The notes under the pieces are model-generated. The model was given only the letters and a program-made list of their open reading frames with translations. It ran no database searches and had not been told where the DNA came from. From Spirochaetaceae bacterium (lineage in GTDB: Bacteria; Spirochaetota; Spirochaetia; CADAEX01), in the NCBI GenBank assembly GCA_009783755.1, contig WRCW01000002.1, forward strand, positions 1 through 35,823: 35,823 nt of DNA, in the 5' to 3' direction. Position numbers and translations under genes: made by a program. Shown in pieces: positions 1 through 9,595 of the stretch; the first letter of the stretch is position 1; every line of letters starts with the position of its first letter.

Positions 1-1151
1 GGTCTGTTATACTGCTTTATAAATTCAGTATATTTTTCAGGATTGCTTTCAGAGAGTTTTTTAAATTCAGAAAGTACTTTTTTTACAGAAGCGCTTTTTA
101 TGTTTACCATAACTTTGTTCTGCTGAAGGATCTCTCGGCTTACATTAAGCGGAAGATCTTCGGAATCAATTATACCACGCAAAAACCGCAGATACGTTGG
201 CATGAGCTCTTTGTTATCATCTGTTATAAAAACACGGGATACATAGAGTTTCACGCCTGGTCTGTAATCTGCCTGATACATATCAAATGGAGCTGTTTTG
301 GGAATAAAAAACATTGTTGTGTAGTTTATTGTCCCTTCTGCTTTTGTATGCATATATAATAGAGGATCATCTCCATCGTGAGAAATCGTTTTATAAAATT
401 CATTATAATCATTATCTGTAAGTTCTGATTTTGCTCTTTTCCATAATGCTGATGCTGAATTTATTTTCTCTATTTTTTTCTCTTTCTTCCCTTCTTTGTC
501 ATCTTTGCCTTCATACTTTGTTTCTAAATATTCAAGATAGATTGGGAAAGCTATATGGTCTGAATATTTTTTTATGATATTTTCGATCTGCCATCTGTTT
601 GCATATTCATTTCCATTTTCATTAAGGTAAAGAATTACTTCTGTTCCAAAATCTGCTTTTTCAGCTTCGTTTATTTCAAAGTTTCCTTTTCCATCGCTTG
701 ACCACTTGCTGGCTTTGTTGGTCCCTGCTTTTTTTGAAATCACTTCTATTTTATCTGCAACCATAAAAGCAGAATAAAAACCCACGCCAAACTGCCCTAT
801 AAGGTTTGAATCTTTTTTTGCATCTCCTGTAAGGCTGGTCATAAAATTCTTTGTCCCTGATCTTGCTATTGTTCCAAGATTAAGCGCAAGCTCTTCCTCG
901 TCCATTCCAATACCTGTATCGCGTACAATGAGTTTTTTAGCAGCACCATCATCAAAAGAAATATCTATTCTTGGTTCATAAACCAGGTTTTTATAATTAT
1001 CATCTGTTAAAGAGAGATATTTTAATTTATCAAGAGCATCGGAAGCATTTGATATAAGTTCTCTTAGAAATATCTCTTTATGTGAGTAGAGTGAATGGAT
1101 TATAAGATGAAGAAGCTGAGAAACTTCTGTTTGAAATTGATGTGAAGACAT
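1..1151 (-). CDS. htpG: Molecular chaperone HtpG (Hsp90 family), N-terminal ~383 codons; the C-terminal part runs off the window
   Basis: Absent from the ORF track because it is open at the window edge. Hand translation of the reverse strand from ATG at 1151..1149 gives [46 protein letters not shown]...VRDTGIGM...[16 protein letters not shown], the GHKL ATPase motifs of HtpG. AAGGAGAG lies 6 nt upstream. Confidence 0.9.
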   Translation of the reverse strand, partial: MSSHQFQTEVSQLLHLIIHSLYSHKEIFLRELISNASDALDKLKYLSLTDDNYKNLVYEPRIDISFDDGAAKKLIVRDTGIGMDEEELALNLGTIARSGTKNFMTSLTGDAKKDSNLIGQFGVGFYSAFMVADKIEVISKKAGTNKASKWSSDGKGNFEINEAEKADFGTEVILYLNENGNEYANRWQIENIIKKYSDHIAFPIYLEYLETKYEGKDDKEGKKEKKIEKINSASALWKRAKSELTDNDYNEFYKTISHDGDDPLLYMHTKAEGTINYTTMFFIPKTAPFDMYQADYRPGVKLYVSRVFITDDNKELMPTYLRFLRGIIDSEDLPLNVSREILQQNKVMVNIKSASVKKVLSEFKKLSESNPEKYTEFIKQYNR

Positions 1152-1253
1152 TTTATTCTCTCCTTAAAAGTTAATTAATAGAATATACAAATATTAAATA
1201 AAATTAGCAATCATTGCGCTTTAAAAAATCTGGCGAATGGCATAGAATACAAT

Positions 1254-2363
1254 ATGCAAAATATATTATGTCCTGAGCTTATGAAAAGCGCAGAAATTAC
1301 TGTAAAAGAAGTTCTTAAAGTAAAAGATGGGGAAAAAATACTTATCATAACAAACCCCCTAACAGATTGCACTGAAATTGCTTCGTCTATTTATAAAGCA
1401 GCGCTTGCGGCAAATGGAAAACCATGCCTTATCTTTCAAGAGATAAAAAATCAGTTTGATTTTACTGATGATGCTGTCATAGGGGCAATAAAAAGTAATC
1501 CTGATATAATAATTTCAATAAGCGCAAATAAACTTGGCAAAGACAGGGAAGCTATTGCATCTCCTTATAAAGTAAGCGGAGAAGATTATGACAGCACTTT
1601 CCGCTATCTTGTAAATGGAATAAAAAAAAGCAGATCGTTCTGGTCGCCCGGCATAACAACAGATATGTTTAAACGAACAGTTGCAATAGATTATAAAAGA
1701 TTACGAGCTGAATGTATTGCAATCAAAGAGATACTTAATAAAGCAGATAGTATAGTTATAAAAACCAGTGAGGGGACAAATTTTACAATACCAATAAAAG
1801 GGAGAAAAGCTTTTTGCGATGATGGTGATTTTTCTTTTCCAGGATCTGGCGGAAATCTTCCGGCAGGTGAAGTTTTTATATCTCCGCTGGTTGGGAAAAG
1901 CAATGGCATAATAGTATTCAACGGAAGCTTTTCTGTTAAAAATGGGGACATATTGATAGATACTCCTATCAAAGTAACAGTTTCAGATGGATATGTAACA
2001 TCAATAGAAGGGAAAAGCGAGGCAGAAGTTCTTAAGGAAACAATAGCCAAGGCAAAAGAAAATTCCATTATTTTTGAAAAAGAGGGCAAGCTGCCAAATG
2101 GCAAAGGGGAGATATACAAAAAGAATGCAGGCAATATCGGAGAGCTTGGAATAGGGCTTAATCCCAGCGCAAAAATCACAGGGAATATGCTGGAAGACGA
2201 GAAGGCTTACAGGACATGCCATATAGCAATAGGCAGCAATTATGACGGTGATGCTCCTGCACTTATACATCTTGATGGGCTTGTAAGAGAGCCTGATATT
2301 ACTGCCATAATGGACGACGGAAAAACTGTTTTGATTATGAAAAAAGGGGAAATGAATTTGTAG
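1254..2363 (+). CDS. Aminopeptidase, M29 (AmpS/PepS thermophilic metalloprotease) family
   Basis: 369-aa ORF. GNLPAGEVFISP and HIAIGSNYDG resemble the conserved M29 metal-site blocks, and size is typical. No Shine-Dalgarno; a TAGAAT hexamer lies 5 nt upstream of the ATG. Confidence 0.7.
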   Translation: MQNILCPELMKSAEITVKEVLKVKDGEKILIITNPLTDCTEIASSIYKAALAANGKPCLIFQEIKNQFDFTDDAVIGAIKSNPDIIISISANKLGKDREAIASPYKVSGEDYDSTFRYLVNGIKKSRSFWSPGITTDMFKRTVAIDYKRLRAECIAIKEILNKADSIVIKTSEGTNFTIPIKGRKAFCDDGDFSFPGSGGNLPAGEVFISPLVGKSNGIIVFNGSFSVKNGDILIDTPIKVTVSDGYVTSIEGKSEAEVLKETIAKAKENSIIFEKEGKLPNGKGEIYKKNAGNIGELGIGLNPSAKITGNMLEDEKAYRTCHIAIGSNYDGDAPALIHLDGLVREPDITAIMDDGKTVLIMKKGEMNL

Positions 2364-2369
2364 ATACCG

Positions 2370-2416
2370 TACCGCCAGATATCAATGCGGGGATGCTTCG
2401 CAACATTTCGGCGGTA
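2370..2416. repeat. Hairpin (TACCGCC / GGCGGTA, 7 bp) enclosing the 15-mer GGGGATGCTTCGCAA, which recurs inside the DHH gene at 22292-22306
   Basis: Inverted repeat 2370-2376 / 2410-2416 and the exact 15-mer 2389-2403 were read directly. The patch is GC-rich within an AT-rich convergent intergenic region. Confidence 0.6.
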
Positions 2417-2449
2417 TGATGGTGGACTAGCTAAGCCAACATTGAGTGG

Positions 2450-2469
2450 GCCCCGTTTTTCAACGGGGC
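2450..2469. terminator. 8-bp GC-rich hairpin between convergent genes (possible bidirectional terminator, no clear U tract)
   Basis: GCCCCGTT-tttc-AACGGGGC lies between the stop of the aminopeptidase (2363) and the stop of the minus-strand OMP gene (2484). Confidence 0.4.
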
Positions 2470-2483
2470 GACATGCTCAAAAA

Positions 2484-3275
2484 TTATTTTATTCCCATTC
2501 CAAAAGTTGCGCCAAGAACAAAAGTCCTGTTATCATCAAGAAGATCTGTTACCTGCGCATCTAACACCAGCTTGAATTTGGAAAGAGCTTTGATTTCAGA
2601 AAGATCAAACCTCAAACCTGTATTAAATGTCCCTCTATACAATGCATTTGCACCACGAGCATGGAGGCTGTATGAAAAGTTTGAAAAATCACTTATCCAG
2701 TGAATATAATTCTTAAACTTATCAGGGAAAAGTAAAAGATCAAAACCCATTCCAAAATCTATTGCATCTTTAGGAGCTCCGGCATCATCTCCAAATGTCT
2801 TGCCAACTACCATAGTTGTTTCTGCAGGCATTTTAAAAAATGTTCCGGGATATGTTGCTGCCATATATATCTGTGTTGCATATTCCCTGCTATCACCCCA
2901 ATATTTAGTTTTAAGACCTTGTATATTTACGCCAAGAGCAAGATGTGTTGAATTATCAACCGGAAGTTTAATCTTTCCATTAAAAAGCATATCTGCCTCA
3001 TCAGAATCGCCCTGGGTGTCGTAAGCAAAAGCAAATTCAAGAAGCCTAAAGAGACTAACTGATGCTTTCGGTATATGTGTTGTATCTGGATCAGCAAAAA
3101 TTGTATGAAAGCCAACATCTATTCCAATATCTGCAGATTTATCCCAACCCAGCTTTGCATTGGGAATAGCAATAAGTCCTGTTGCTCCATTGTGAGTCAT
3201 CCCTTTTGCAGATTGTGCAAATACTCCAGCAACTGCAAAAATCACTAATAGCGCTACTAAAAAAGTTTTCTTCAT
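2484..3275 (-). CDS. Secreted outer-membrane beta-barrel-like protein, function unknown
   Basis: 263 aa. N-terminal signal peptide MKKTFLVALLVIFAVAGVFAQS. Alternating hydrophobic/polar, Gly/aromatic-rich strands throughout. AAGGAGAGG Shine-Dalgarno. Confidence 0.55.
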   Translation of the reverse strand: MKKTFLVALLVIFAVAGVFAQSAKGMTHNGATGLIAIPNAKLGWDKSADIGIDVGFHTIFADPDTTHIPKASVSLFRLLEFAFAYDTQGDSDEADMLFNGKIKLPVDNSTHLALGVNIQGLKTKYWGDSREYATQIYMAATYPGTFFKMPAETTMVVGKTFGDDAGAPKDAIDFGMGFDLLLFPDKFKNYIHWISDFSNFSYSLHARGANALYRGTFNTGLRFDLSEIKALSKFKLVLDAQVTDLLDDNRTFVLGATFGMGIK

Positions 3276-3402
3276 TTCCTCTCCTTAAATAAAAATATTA
3301 AATAACATTGATTATATTAAATAGATTATTCGCTGAAAGCAAGCAAAAATAGCTAATTCTTAATGCTTTTTATAATCGAACAGGCGATGTCAATGAATGG
3401 CT

Positions 3403-6400
3403 TTAATCAAGCAGGTAGTGGCACAGTTGCTCCAGTATTTTATCGTAATCCAGTGGTTTTCCAATATGGCCATTCATACCAGCTTTTAAGCACTCATCAA
3501 TATCTTCCTGAAACACATTAGCTGTCATGGCAACAATGGGAATGGTTTTGGCATTTGGGATACTCATATTCCTGATATTTCGTGTGGCAGTTAAGCCATC
3601 CATTTCAGGCATCTGCAGATCCATAAAAATTATGTCATATTTTTTTGGCGCTTCCTGAAACATCTGGACAGCAGTTGCGCCATTTTCTGCGCAATCTATC
3701 TTTAACTGTGTTGGTTCAAGCAAGGTAAGAATGATCTCCCGGTTGATCTCTATATCTTCAGCCAGCAGCATACAGTAGTCTGCAAAAACAGGCACAACCT
3801 CCTGCACTGACTCCTTCTGTTTTTGATCATCTTCATAAAGACAACTGCTAATTGCATCTTTTATCGAGGAGGGAAACAGGGGCTTTGATAAAAATTTGCG
3901 AATACCTATTCTTTTAGCATCATCTTCTATTAAGCTCCATGGAGCAGCTGAAATCATAAAGTAATTACTACGAGAAATTTCTTTGTCCTTTAATATACTC
4001 GCCAGTTTTATACCATCAATTCCCGGCAATTTCCAATCAATAAAATATATATCATAAGTCCCTTTGCGCTCGACAATACCAAGAGCCTCTTCGCCGCTTC
4101 CGGCTGTGTCGCAAAAAATACCTTGCTCCTTCATGATTACTCTAAAAAATGCCAGAGTATCTTTGTCATCATCTACAACGAGAATTTTGGTATCGCTTAA
4201 ACTGGTATGGAGACCAGGCTCTTTTGCCCTGCCTCTCATTAACTTAATCGAAAAAATAAAACTGGAACCTTTTCCAAGTTCAGACTCGACCCATATCTTG
4301 CCATTCATCATCTCTACTATTCTTTTGGAAATCGAGAGCCCCAGACCAGTGCCTCCAAATTTGCGCGATGTATTGCTCTCTGCCTGATGAAAAGGCTGAA
4401 AGAGCCGCTTTTGCTGCTCTGGGCTAATGCCGATACCTGTATCAGTCACTGCAACCTTTATTGAGCACAAACCATCCTCTTCTCCAAAAAAGTATGTACT
4501 GATATGGATTGATCCATTCTCGGGTGTGAACTTTACTGCATTCCCCATGAGGTTGGTAAGCACCTGAGCCAGACGTTGTTCGTCTCCAACCAGCATCTCC
4601 GGAATTTTTCTGTCAAAGTATACCCTGAATTTCTGATGCTTTTCCTCCATCCGAAAGTGAACAACATTCACGACTCTTTGAAGCATTTTCTCGAAATTAA
4701 ATTCCGCTGATGTGAGTTCAAACTTATCTGCTTCGATTTTAGACATATCCAGAATATCATTAATAACTCCAAGCAAATGTATTGAGGCATCCTCTATTCT
4801 GCTAAGCGCATAATCTTTACGTTCATGATATTGAGCATTCTTGCCTATTGTTGTCATTCCTACTATTGCATTAAGCGGTGTGCGAATTTCATGGCTCATG
4901 TTGGAGAGGAACTCTCCCTTGGCTCTGCTTGCTACAGTAGCTTTTTGAAGTGCATCTTTGAGCTTTTTATTATAAATGTTGCGCATGATAATACCTGCAA
5001 TACTGCCTGCAGTAATCGCTGTAAATGTTTTTTCATTATCAGTCCAGCAACGGGGCACAGAATTTTGCTCCTCTGTTAAAAATCCCCACAATTGACCTTC
5101 AACATAAAGAGGTGCAATAATAAATGCCCGGACATCAACAGCCAATAGCGCATAATAAGCCTCTTCAGGATATGCAGCAACATCATCACAGAAGAGAAGC
5201 GGCAATGTAATGCTGTCAGGAAATCTATCAGGGAAACGTGACTTAATAAAAGTAAATAAATCAAATTCATTATGTCTCGGCGCCGAACCATCGGCAGACC
5301 AGTGATATGCTTGCTCAACGCGGCTGTGTGCAGAATCAATGCTAAAAATAAATACCTTTGACACATTATGATATCGCCCGAATTTAGCAATGGTTTCTTT
5401 TATATATGCTTCCGAATCGCCTGAAGAAATAAAGCCTCTTGAAATCTCAGATATCATTTTCTGCTGTTCAAGCTGCTTTTTAAGAAGCTCGCTGTGCTCG
5501 CGAATACTTTCCATCATTTTTTTCATGGGGCGCATATCGTATTTAAACGAAATAATTAACTTTTTCCCCCGATATATTACCTGCGTTAGTGTATTTTCCA
5601 TTGGAATCAGTTCTCCGGCAAGCGAGCGGTGTACCCATTCAAACCTGGTCTGTCCACTGACAAACGCTTCGCTCCTCTTTGCCTTAGCCTTCTCAAGAGA
5701 AGTAGCTCCATCAGGTTGCGATTCAGGCAGAAAAACTTCCCAATATTTATCTAAAAAATATTTTTTATCCGGACAACCAAAAAGATTCAGTGTAACATCA
5801 TTACAATCAACTGCACTTAAATTCTCATCAAACATTACATACGGAATAGGGCTTGCTTCTGTAACAGCACGCATTAGATCTTCTGCCTCAGCTACAGCTT
5901 TCTCCATTTTTTTGATATTGTGCAAGTCATACTGATAAGCCAGTACTATGTACTCCCCTTTGTACTTCGTACGCAGCAGTGAAATTTCAAAAGGGATAAG
6001 CTCTCCTATGCTTGAGCAATGTACCCATTCGAACACAAATTTTTCACCCTTTAGCGAGCGTTTATGAACCTCTATCATTTTTTCGCTGGATTTTACTCCA
6101 TCGCTTTGGTATTCAGGTGAAAACTCCTCAAAATGGTTGAGATAATAATCTTTTGTGGTTTTAAGTATATTTAAAATAGCATCATTGCAATCAATAAAAC
6201 GTAAATTATGGTCAATAACAGTGAATCCAACAGGTATGATTTCAAGTGTCGCACGGTTGAATTCATTAGCCTCAACTATCTCACGATCCCTCTCATTCCT
6301 GATAAACGCACTGGCGCAAAGTCGAGCAGCTGAACACAGCACATCCAGGCAGTCCTCTTGAAAATACCTGTACTTGGTATGGTCTTCCAAAGTGACAATG

Positions 6401-6828
6401 CCCCAGAATTCTCCATGTGTGAAAATAGGTACGAAGAGTATTGATTTAACACCGAATAATGCACAAAAAGCAGCCTGATCTGCGGGCATATCATTTGCAT
6501 TGCCATTGATACATTCGCCCTTGGTTAAAACATCTAACCACCTGATCACAGGCGGGACATTTGGCAATTCAACCAGCTCTTCGTCCAGTTCAACTGTTTT
6601 GCCATAGGCCCAGACATAAATCTGTCCCATCCGACCGCTTTCTTTTTCAAAAAGACGATAAACAGCAATACGATTAAGACTAGCTGCGTCCGCGACTGGT
6701 TGCAAGCCATTGCTAACTACCTCTTCGAATGCTTCCTCACTATGCAAAGTAAAAATTTCAATAGCTTTATTTAAAGCATTAACAATGGCGCTATGGTTGC
6801 AGATTTCTTCGCGGCTATTCCCCATCAT
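3403..6828 (-). CDS. Cytoplasmic hybrid sensor histidine kinase (GAF-PAS-PAS-GAF-HisKA-HATPase_c-REC-REC)
   Basis: H-box FLSNMSHEIRTPLNAIVG; N/G boxes LTNLMGNAVKF, DTGIGI, GGTGLGLSI. Two receiver domains (ILVVDDD...IDWKLPGIDG and LLAEDIEINR...MDLQMPEMDG...KP). No transmembrane segment. The track start at 6855 is TTG; I prefer ATG-ATG at 6828/6825, but the start is uncertain. Confidence 0.9.
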   Translation of the reverse strand: MMGNSREEICNHSAIVNALNKAIEIFTLHSEEAFEEVVSNGLQPVADAASLNRIAVYRLFEKESGRMGQIYVWAYGKTVELDEELVELPNVPPVIRWLDVLTKGECINGNANDMPADQAAFCALFGVKSILFVPIFTHGEFWGIVTLEDHTKYRYFQEDCLDVLCSAARLCASAFIRNERDREIVEANEFNRATLEIIPVGFTVIDHNLRFIDCNDAILNILKTTKDYYLNHFEEFSPEYQSDGVKSSEKMIEVHKRSLKGEKFVFEWVHCSSIGELIPFEISLLRTKYKGEYIVLAYQYDLHNIKKMEKAVAEAEDLMRAVTEASPIPYVMFDENLSAVDCNDVTLNLFGCPDKKYFLDKYWEVFLPESQPDGATSLEKAKAKRSEAFVSGQTRFEWVHRSLAGELIPMENTLTQVIYRGKKLIISFKYDMRPMKKMMESIREHSELLKKQLEQQKMISEISRGFISSGDSEAYIKETIAKFGRYHNVSKVFIFSIDSAHSRVEQAYHWSADGSAPRHNEFDLFTFIKSRFPDRFPDSITLPLLFCDDVAAYPEEAYYALLAVDVRAFIIAPLYVEGQLWGFLTEEQNSVPRCWTDNEKTFTAITAGSIAGIIMRNIYNKKLKDALQKATVASRAKGEFLSNMSHEIRTPLNAIVGMTTIGKNAQYHERKDYALSRIEDASIHLLGVINDILDMSKIEADKFELTSAEFNFEKMLQRVVNVVHFRMEEKHQKFRVYFDRKIPEMLVGDEQRLAQVLTNLMGNAVKFTPENGSIHISTYFFGEEDGLCSIKVAVTDTGIGISPEQQKRLFQPFHQAESNTSRKFGGTGLGLSISKRIVEMMNGKIWVESELGKGSSFIFSIKLMRGRAKEPGLHTSLSDTKILVVDDDKDTLAFFRVIMKEQGIFCDTAGSGEEALGIVERKGTYDIYFIDWKLPGIDGIKLASILKDKEISRSNYFMISAAPWSLIEDDAKRIGIRKFLSKPLFPSSIKDAISSCLYEDDQKQKESVQEVVPVFADYCMLLAEDIEINREIILTLLEPTQLKIDCAENGATAVQMFQEAPKKYDIIFMDLQMPEMDGLTATRNIRNMSIPNAKTIPIVAMTANVFQEDIDECLKAGMNGHIGKPLDYDKILEQLCHYLLD

Positions 6829-6906
6829 ACAGAAATATACATCCACAATTTGCAAAAGACAAGTATTCTCTTTTATTACTTTCCTTTAAAAATCATAGTA
6901 CTAAAG

Positions 6907-6967
6907 TATTAGACTATTGACAATCTAATAACAATAATCCTAAATAGCTAGTAATATTAGACTATTG
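6907..6967. promoter_or_regulatory. Two perfect 13-nt direct repeats TATTAGACTATTG (6907-6919, 6955-6967) in the divergent kinase/GT2 control region
   Basis: Read directly. Start-to-start spacing is 48 bp. The first copy overlaps a TTGACA hexamer (6917-6922). Confidence 0.35.
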
Positions 6968-7007
6968 GGTTAATGTTGTTAGATCTTATCCTTATGGAGC
7001 TGATAAA

Positions 7008-8117
7008 GTGCTATCCCTTTTGATTACCATCCCAACCTATAATGAAGCAGAAAACATAGAATCCCTTTTAAAAGCTCTCTTTGATGTTGTCCCTCTGGAA
7101 ACCGAAATTCTTGTAGTTGATGATAATTCTCCTGATGGAACAACGAAAATAGCAGAAGGATTGATTCCCTCTTATCCAGGCAGGCTCCATATTTTAAACC
7201 GTCCAAAAAAGCAGGGTCTGGCAGCTGCTTATCTTGCTGCATTTGAATGGGGCTTATCTCGACCCTATGACGCTTTTCTTGAAATGGATGCTGATTTTTC
7301 CCATAACCCAAAATACATTCCAAAAATGCTTTTCGAACTCAGTTCTCACGATGTTGTTGTTGGTTCCCGAAATATAAAAGGTGGAGGTGTTGAAGGGTGG
7401 TCAATGTTGCGAAACATAGTATCAAAGGGTGGTTCATTTTATTCCCATCTGGTTTTAGGCTGTCCCATTAAAGACTTAACCGGTGGTTTTAATATGTGGA
7501 AAAAAACATCTCTTGAAAAAATTGGGCTTAGAAATATTATTTCAAAGGGTTATTCCTTCCAAATCGAAATGAAATACAGAGCCTGGAATGCAGGTTGTTC
7601 TATTAAAGAAATTCCAATTATATTCGCTGACAGGGAAAAAGGCACCTCAAAAATGTCAAAAAGTATTTTTCTGGAAGCACTTATTAATGTTTGGAGAATA
7701 AGAAACTGTGTCGCATCTGATAGCGGCATTGATCAATTTATCAAATTCGCAATAACAGGCGGCCTTGGAACAATAACTAATCTGACCATCTTTTTTCTTT
7801 GCGCAGATATTGGCGGACTGCCAGAGATTCAAATCAGTGTTGTCTGTTTTTTAGTTGCCGTTACACAAAACTATATTATTAATCATAAATGGTCATTCAA
7901 AAGCAATGTAGGAGAAAAAACACTATCAATACGAAAGTGGTTTGAGTTTATTGCAATCTCGCTTTTAGGTCTTGGAGTAAATATTTTTGTAATGAAAACC
8001 TTGTTGCTTTATTTTTCTCTTCCATACAAAGTAATTGCCCAGGCAGTTGGTATTGCAGCTGGAATGATAGTCAATTTTATCATGGCAAAATTGTTTGTAT
8101 TCAGGAGAAAGATATAA
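7008..8117 (+). CDS. Polyprenol-phosphate mannosyl/glycosyltransferase (GT2, Dpm1-like) fused to a C-terminal GtrA-like membrane domain
   Basis: IPTYNEAENI...VVDDNSPDGT...EMDADFSH are GT2 Dpm1-type motifs. The C-terminal ~130 aa has 4 hydrophobic helices (FIKFAITGGLGTITNL...) typical of GtrA. GTG start with TGGAG upstream. Confidence 0.8.
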   Translation: MLSLLITIPTYNEAENIESLLKALFDVVPLETEILVVDDNSPDGTTKIAEGLIPSYPGRLHILNRPKKQGLAAAYLAAFEWGLSRPYDAFLEMDADFSHNPKYIPKMLFELSSHDVVVGSRNIKGGGVEGWSMLRNIVSKGGSFYSHLVLGCPIKDLTGGFNMWKKTSLEKIGLRNIISKGYSFQIEMKYRAWNAGCSIKEIPIIFADREKGTSKMSKSIFLEALINVWRIRNCVASDSGIDQFIKFAITGGLGTITNLTIFFLCADIGGLPEIQISVVCFLVAVTQNYIINHKWSFKSNVGEKTLSIRKWFEFIAISLLGLGVNIFVMKTLLLYFSLPYKVIAQAVGIAAGMIVNFIMAKLFVFRRKI

Positions 8118-9526
8118 TGTTAGAAATGATAAACTATGTCAGTCAGGATAAAATTCTTCATTCAGCCAAAACTCGTTTTAAGCTAATGGCTATTTCATAT
8201 TTTATAATTTTATGTAGTTTTTTTTCTCTTGTTTTTTTCCATACAATTTCAGTAAAAATACCTGCTCTATATATACTTACAGCTTTTACAATGTATTTAA
8301 TTATCCTATATAAAAACAGTTTAAACAAATATGAGACAGGGATATTTTTCTTTCTTTTTATTCAGCTACTTGCGCTGGCACCTAAAATTGGTGACTTGAA
8401 TCCAATAGTTTCAACCACTTTTCTTTTGTCATTTCGTTATGGCGTTTCATCAAGGAGTTTTATAGGGACTATAGCAGATTTTCTTTCAAATGGTTCATTT
8501 ATTTCAAAATACTTTGTGTGGCACCTTATTTTCTGTTCTTCTATATTTTTAATTTTTTTGGTTTCTGTTTATTTAAGTTCTGTTATTAATAAAAGCAAAG
8601 ACAATAACATAAAAAGTTTCATATTATTTTTATCCTTACTGTGTCTGACATGCTTCACGTCCCTCTCGACATATTTCACTCCTCAGAATTTTGGGAGATC
8701 TGAAATATATGCACTTATCTTTATGTTGCTCTTGATCGCTGTTATTAATAAGCCTTATTTAAAATGGCTTATCCCTTTTTTTGCTTTATTTACTATATCA
8801 ATACATCTTATTCTGGTATTTTTTTACATTCCTTTTATTTTTATATTACTGTTTTACAAGTTACCTGAAAAGAAACAATATATTGCATTATTTATTGCTA
8901 CCTTTCTGGTTGTTATCACAAGTTTTATTTTATATCTATTGTTTCACAAACAAACCTTTGTATTTTCAAATGCTTCTGCCTTTGCAGAATACTTAAAAAC
9001 AAAAACAAATCTTGTGTATACAGAGGATTTTATACATATGACCTTCTTCGCAGACTTACAGGACCATTTATTAAGATGGCAAGACAAGAGGGCCGAGGGA
9101 TTTTTGCAATTTTCCGGAAGCATAAGTATACTTATCAACTTTCCTTTAATCTTAATGTTCGCATACTTTTGGATAAAATGTTTCTTACATGAAAAACAAC
9201 AATACATGAAATTGTTTTTTATTCTTCCTGTTTTACTTTTCCTCTATCATGTACCGGTTTTTTTCATGTTTTATGATTTCGGCAGATGGATGGTAATGAT
9301 TATCCAAATTCAGTTTATGTTGATTCTCTATTTGATTTATACCGGAAACAAGACAGTATTAACTGTAACAGCTAATATGGTTCCCGCTATAAATAAAAAC
9401 TGGTATATAATAATAGTTATATGTTCCTTAATGTTCTTTCTTGGACCTGTTTTAACCATAGGTCCTTCTGAAAGGGTTAGTAATATCATTAAGGGATGTT
9501 TAGAACTTTTTAAGATTGCCTTATAA
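8117..9526 (+). CDS. Polytopic integral membrane protein (>=10 TM), possible GT-C-type glycosyltransferase or polymerase using the lipid-linked sugar made by the upstream gene
   Basis: 469 aa, extremely hydrophobic and Phe/Leu/Ile-rich. Start overlaps the upstream stop (ATAATG), implying translational coupling. The function is inferred from context only. Confidence 0.45.
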   Translation: MLEMINYVSQDKILHSAKTRFKLMAISYFIILCSFFSLVFFHTISVKIPALYILTAFTMYLIILYKNSLNKYETGIFFFLFIQLLALAPKIGDLNPIVSTTFLLSFRYGVSSRSFIGTIADFLSNGSFISKYFVWHLIFCSSIFLIFLVSVYLSSVINKSKDNNIKSFILFLSLLCLTCFTSLSTYFTPQNFGRSEIYALIFMLLLIAVINKPYLKWLIPFFALFTISIHLILVFFYIPFIFILLFYKLPEKKQYIALFIATFLVVITSFILYLLFHKQTFVFSNASAFAEYLKTKTNLVYTEDFIHMTFFADLQDHLLRWQDKRAEGFLQFSGSISILINFPLILMFAYFWIKCFLHEKQQYMKLFFILPVLLFLYHVPVFFMFYDFGRWMVMIIQIQFMLILYLIYTGNKTVLTVTANMVPAINKNWYIIIVICSLMFFLGPVLTIGPSERVSNIIKGCLELFKIAL

Positions 9527-9595
9527 GATTTTGTCTAGTGTTATTATCTGCTGTTTTGAAGTTAGCAAAAATTGAGACAGTTAAAATTTATTTTC

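Noticed and set aside
1691-2179. Long antisense ORFs inside confident genes (for example 1691..2179 -, 5390..5935 +, 10587..11003 +, 13319..13699 +, 33009..33380 -, 33942..34307 +)
   Set aside because: These are shadow ORFs opposite strongly supported genes. Their composition is typical of antisense frames in AT-rich DNA, with no start signals.
4225-4236. 12-mer TTGCCCTGCCTC shared between the kinase coding region and the 35.5-kb repeat (35557-35568)
   Set aside because: An isolated 12-mer match with no colinear flanking similarity is expected by chance at this window size.
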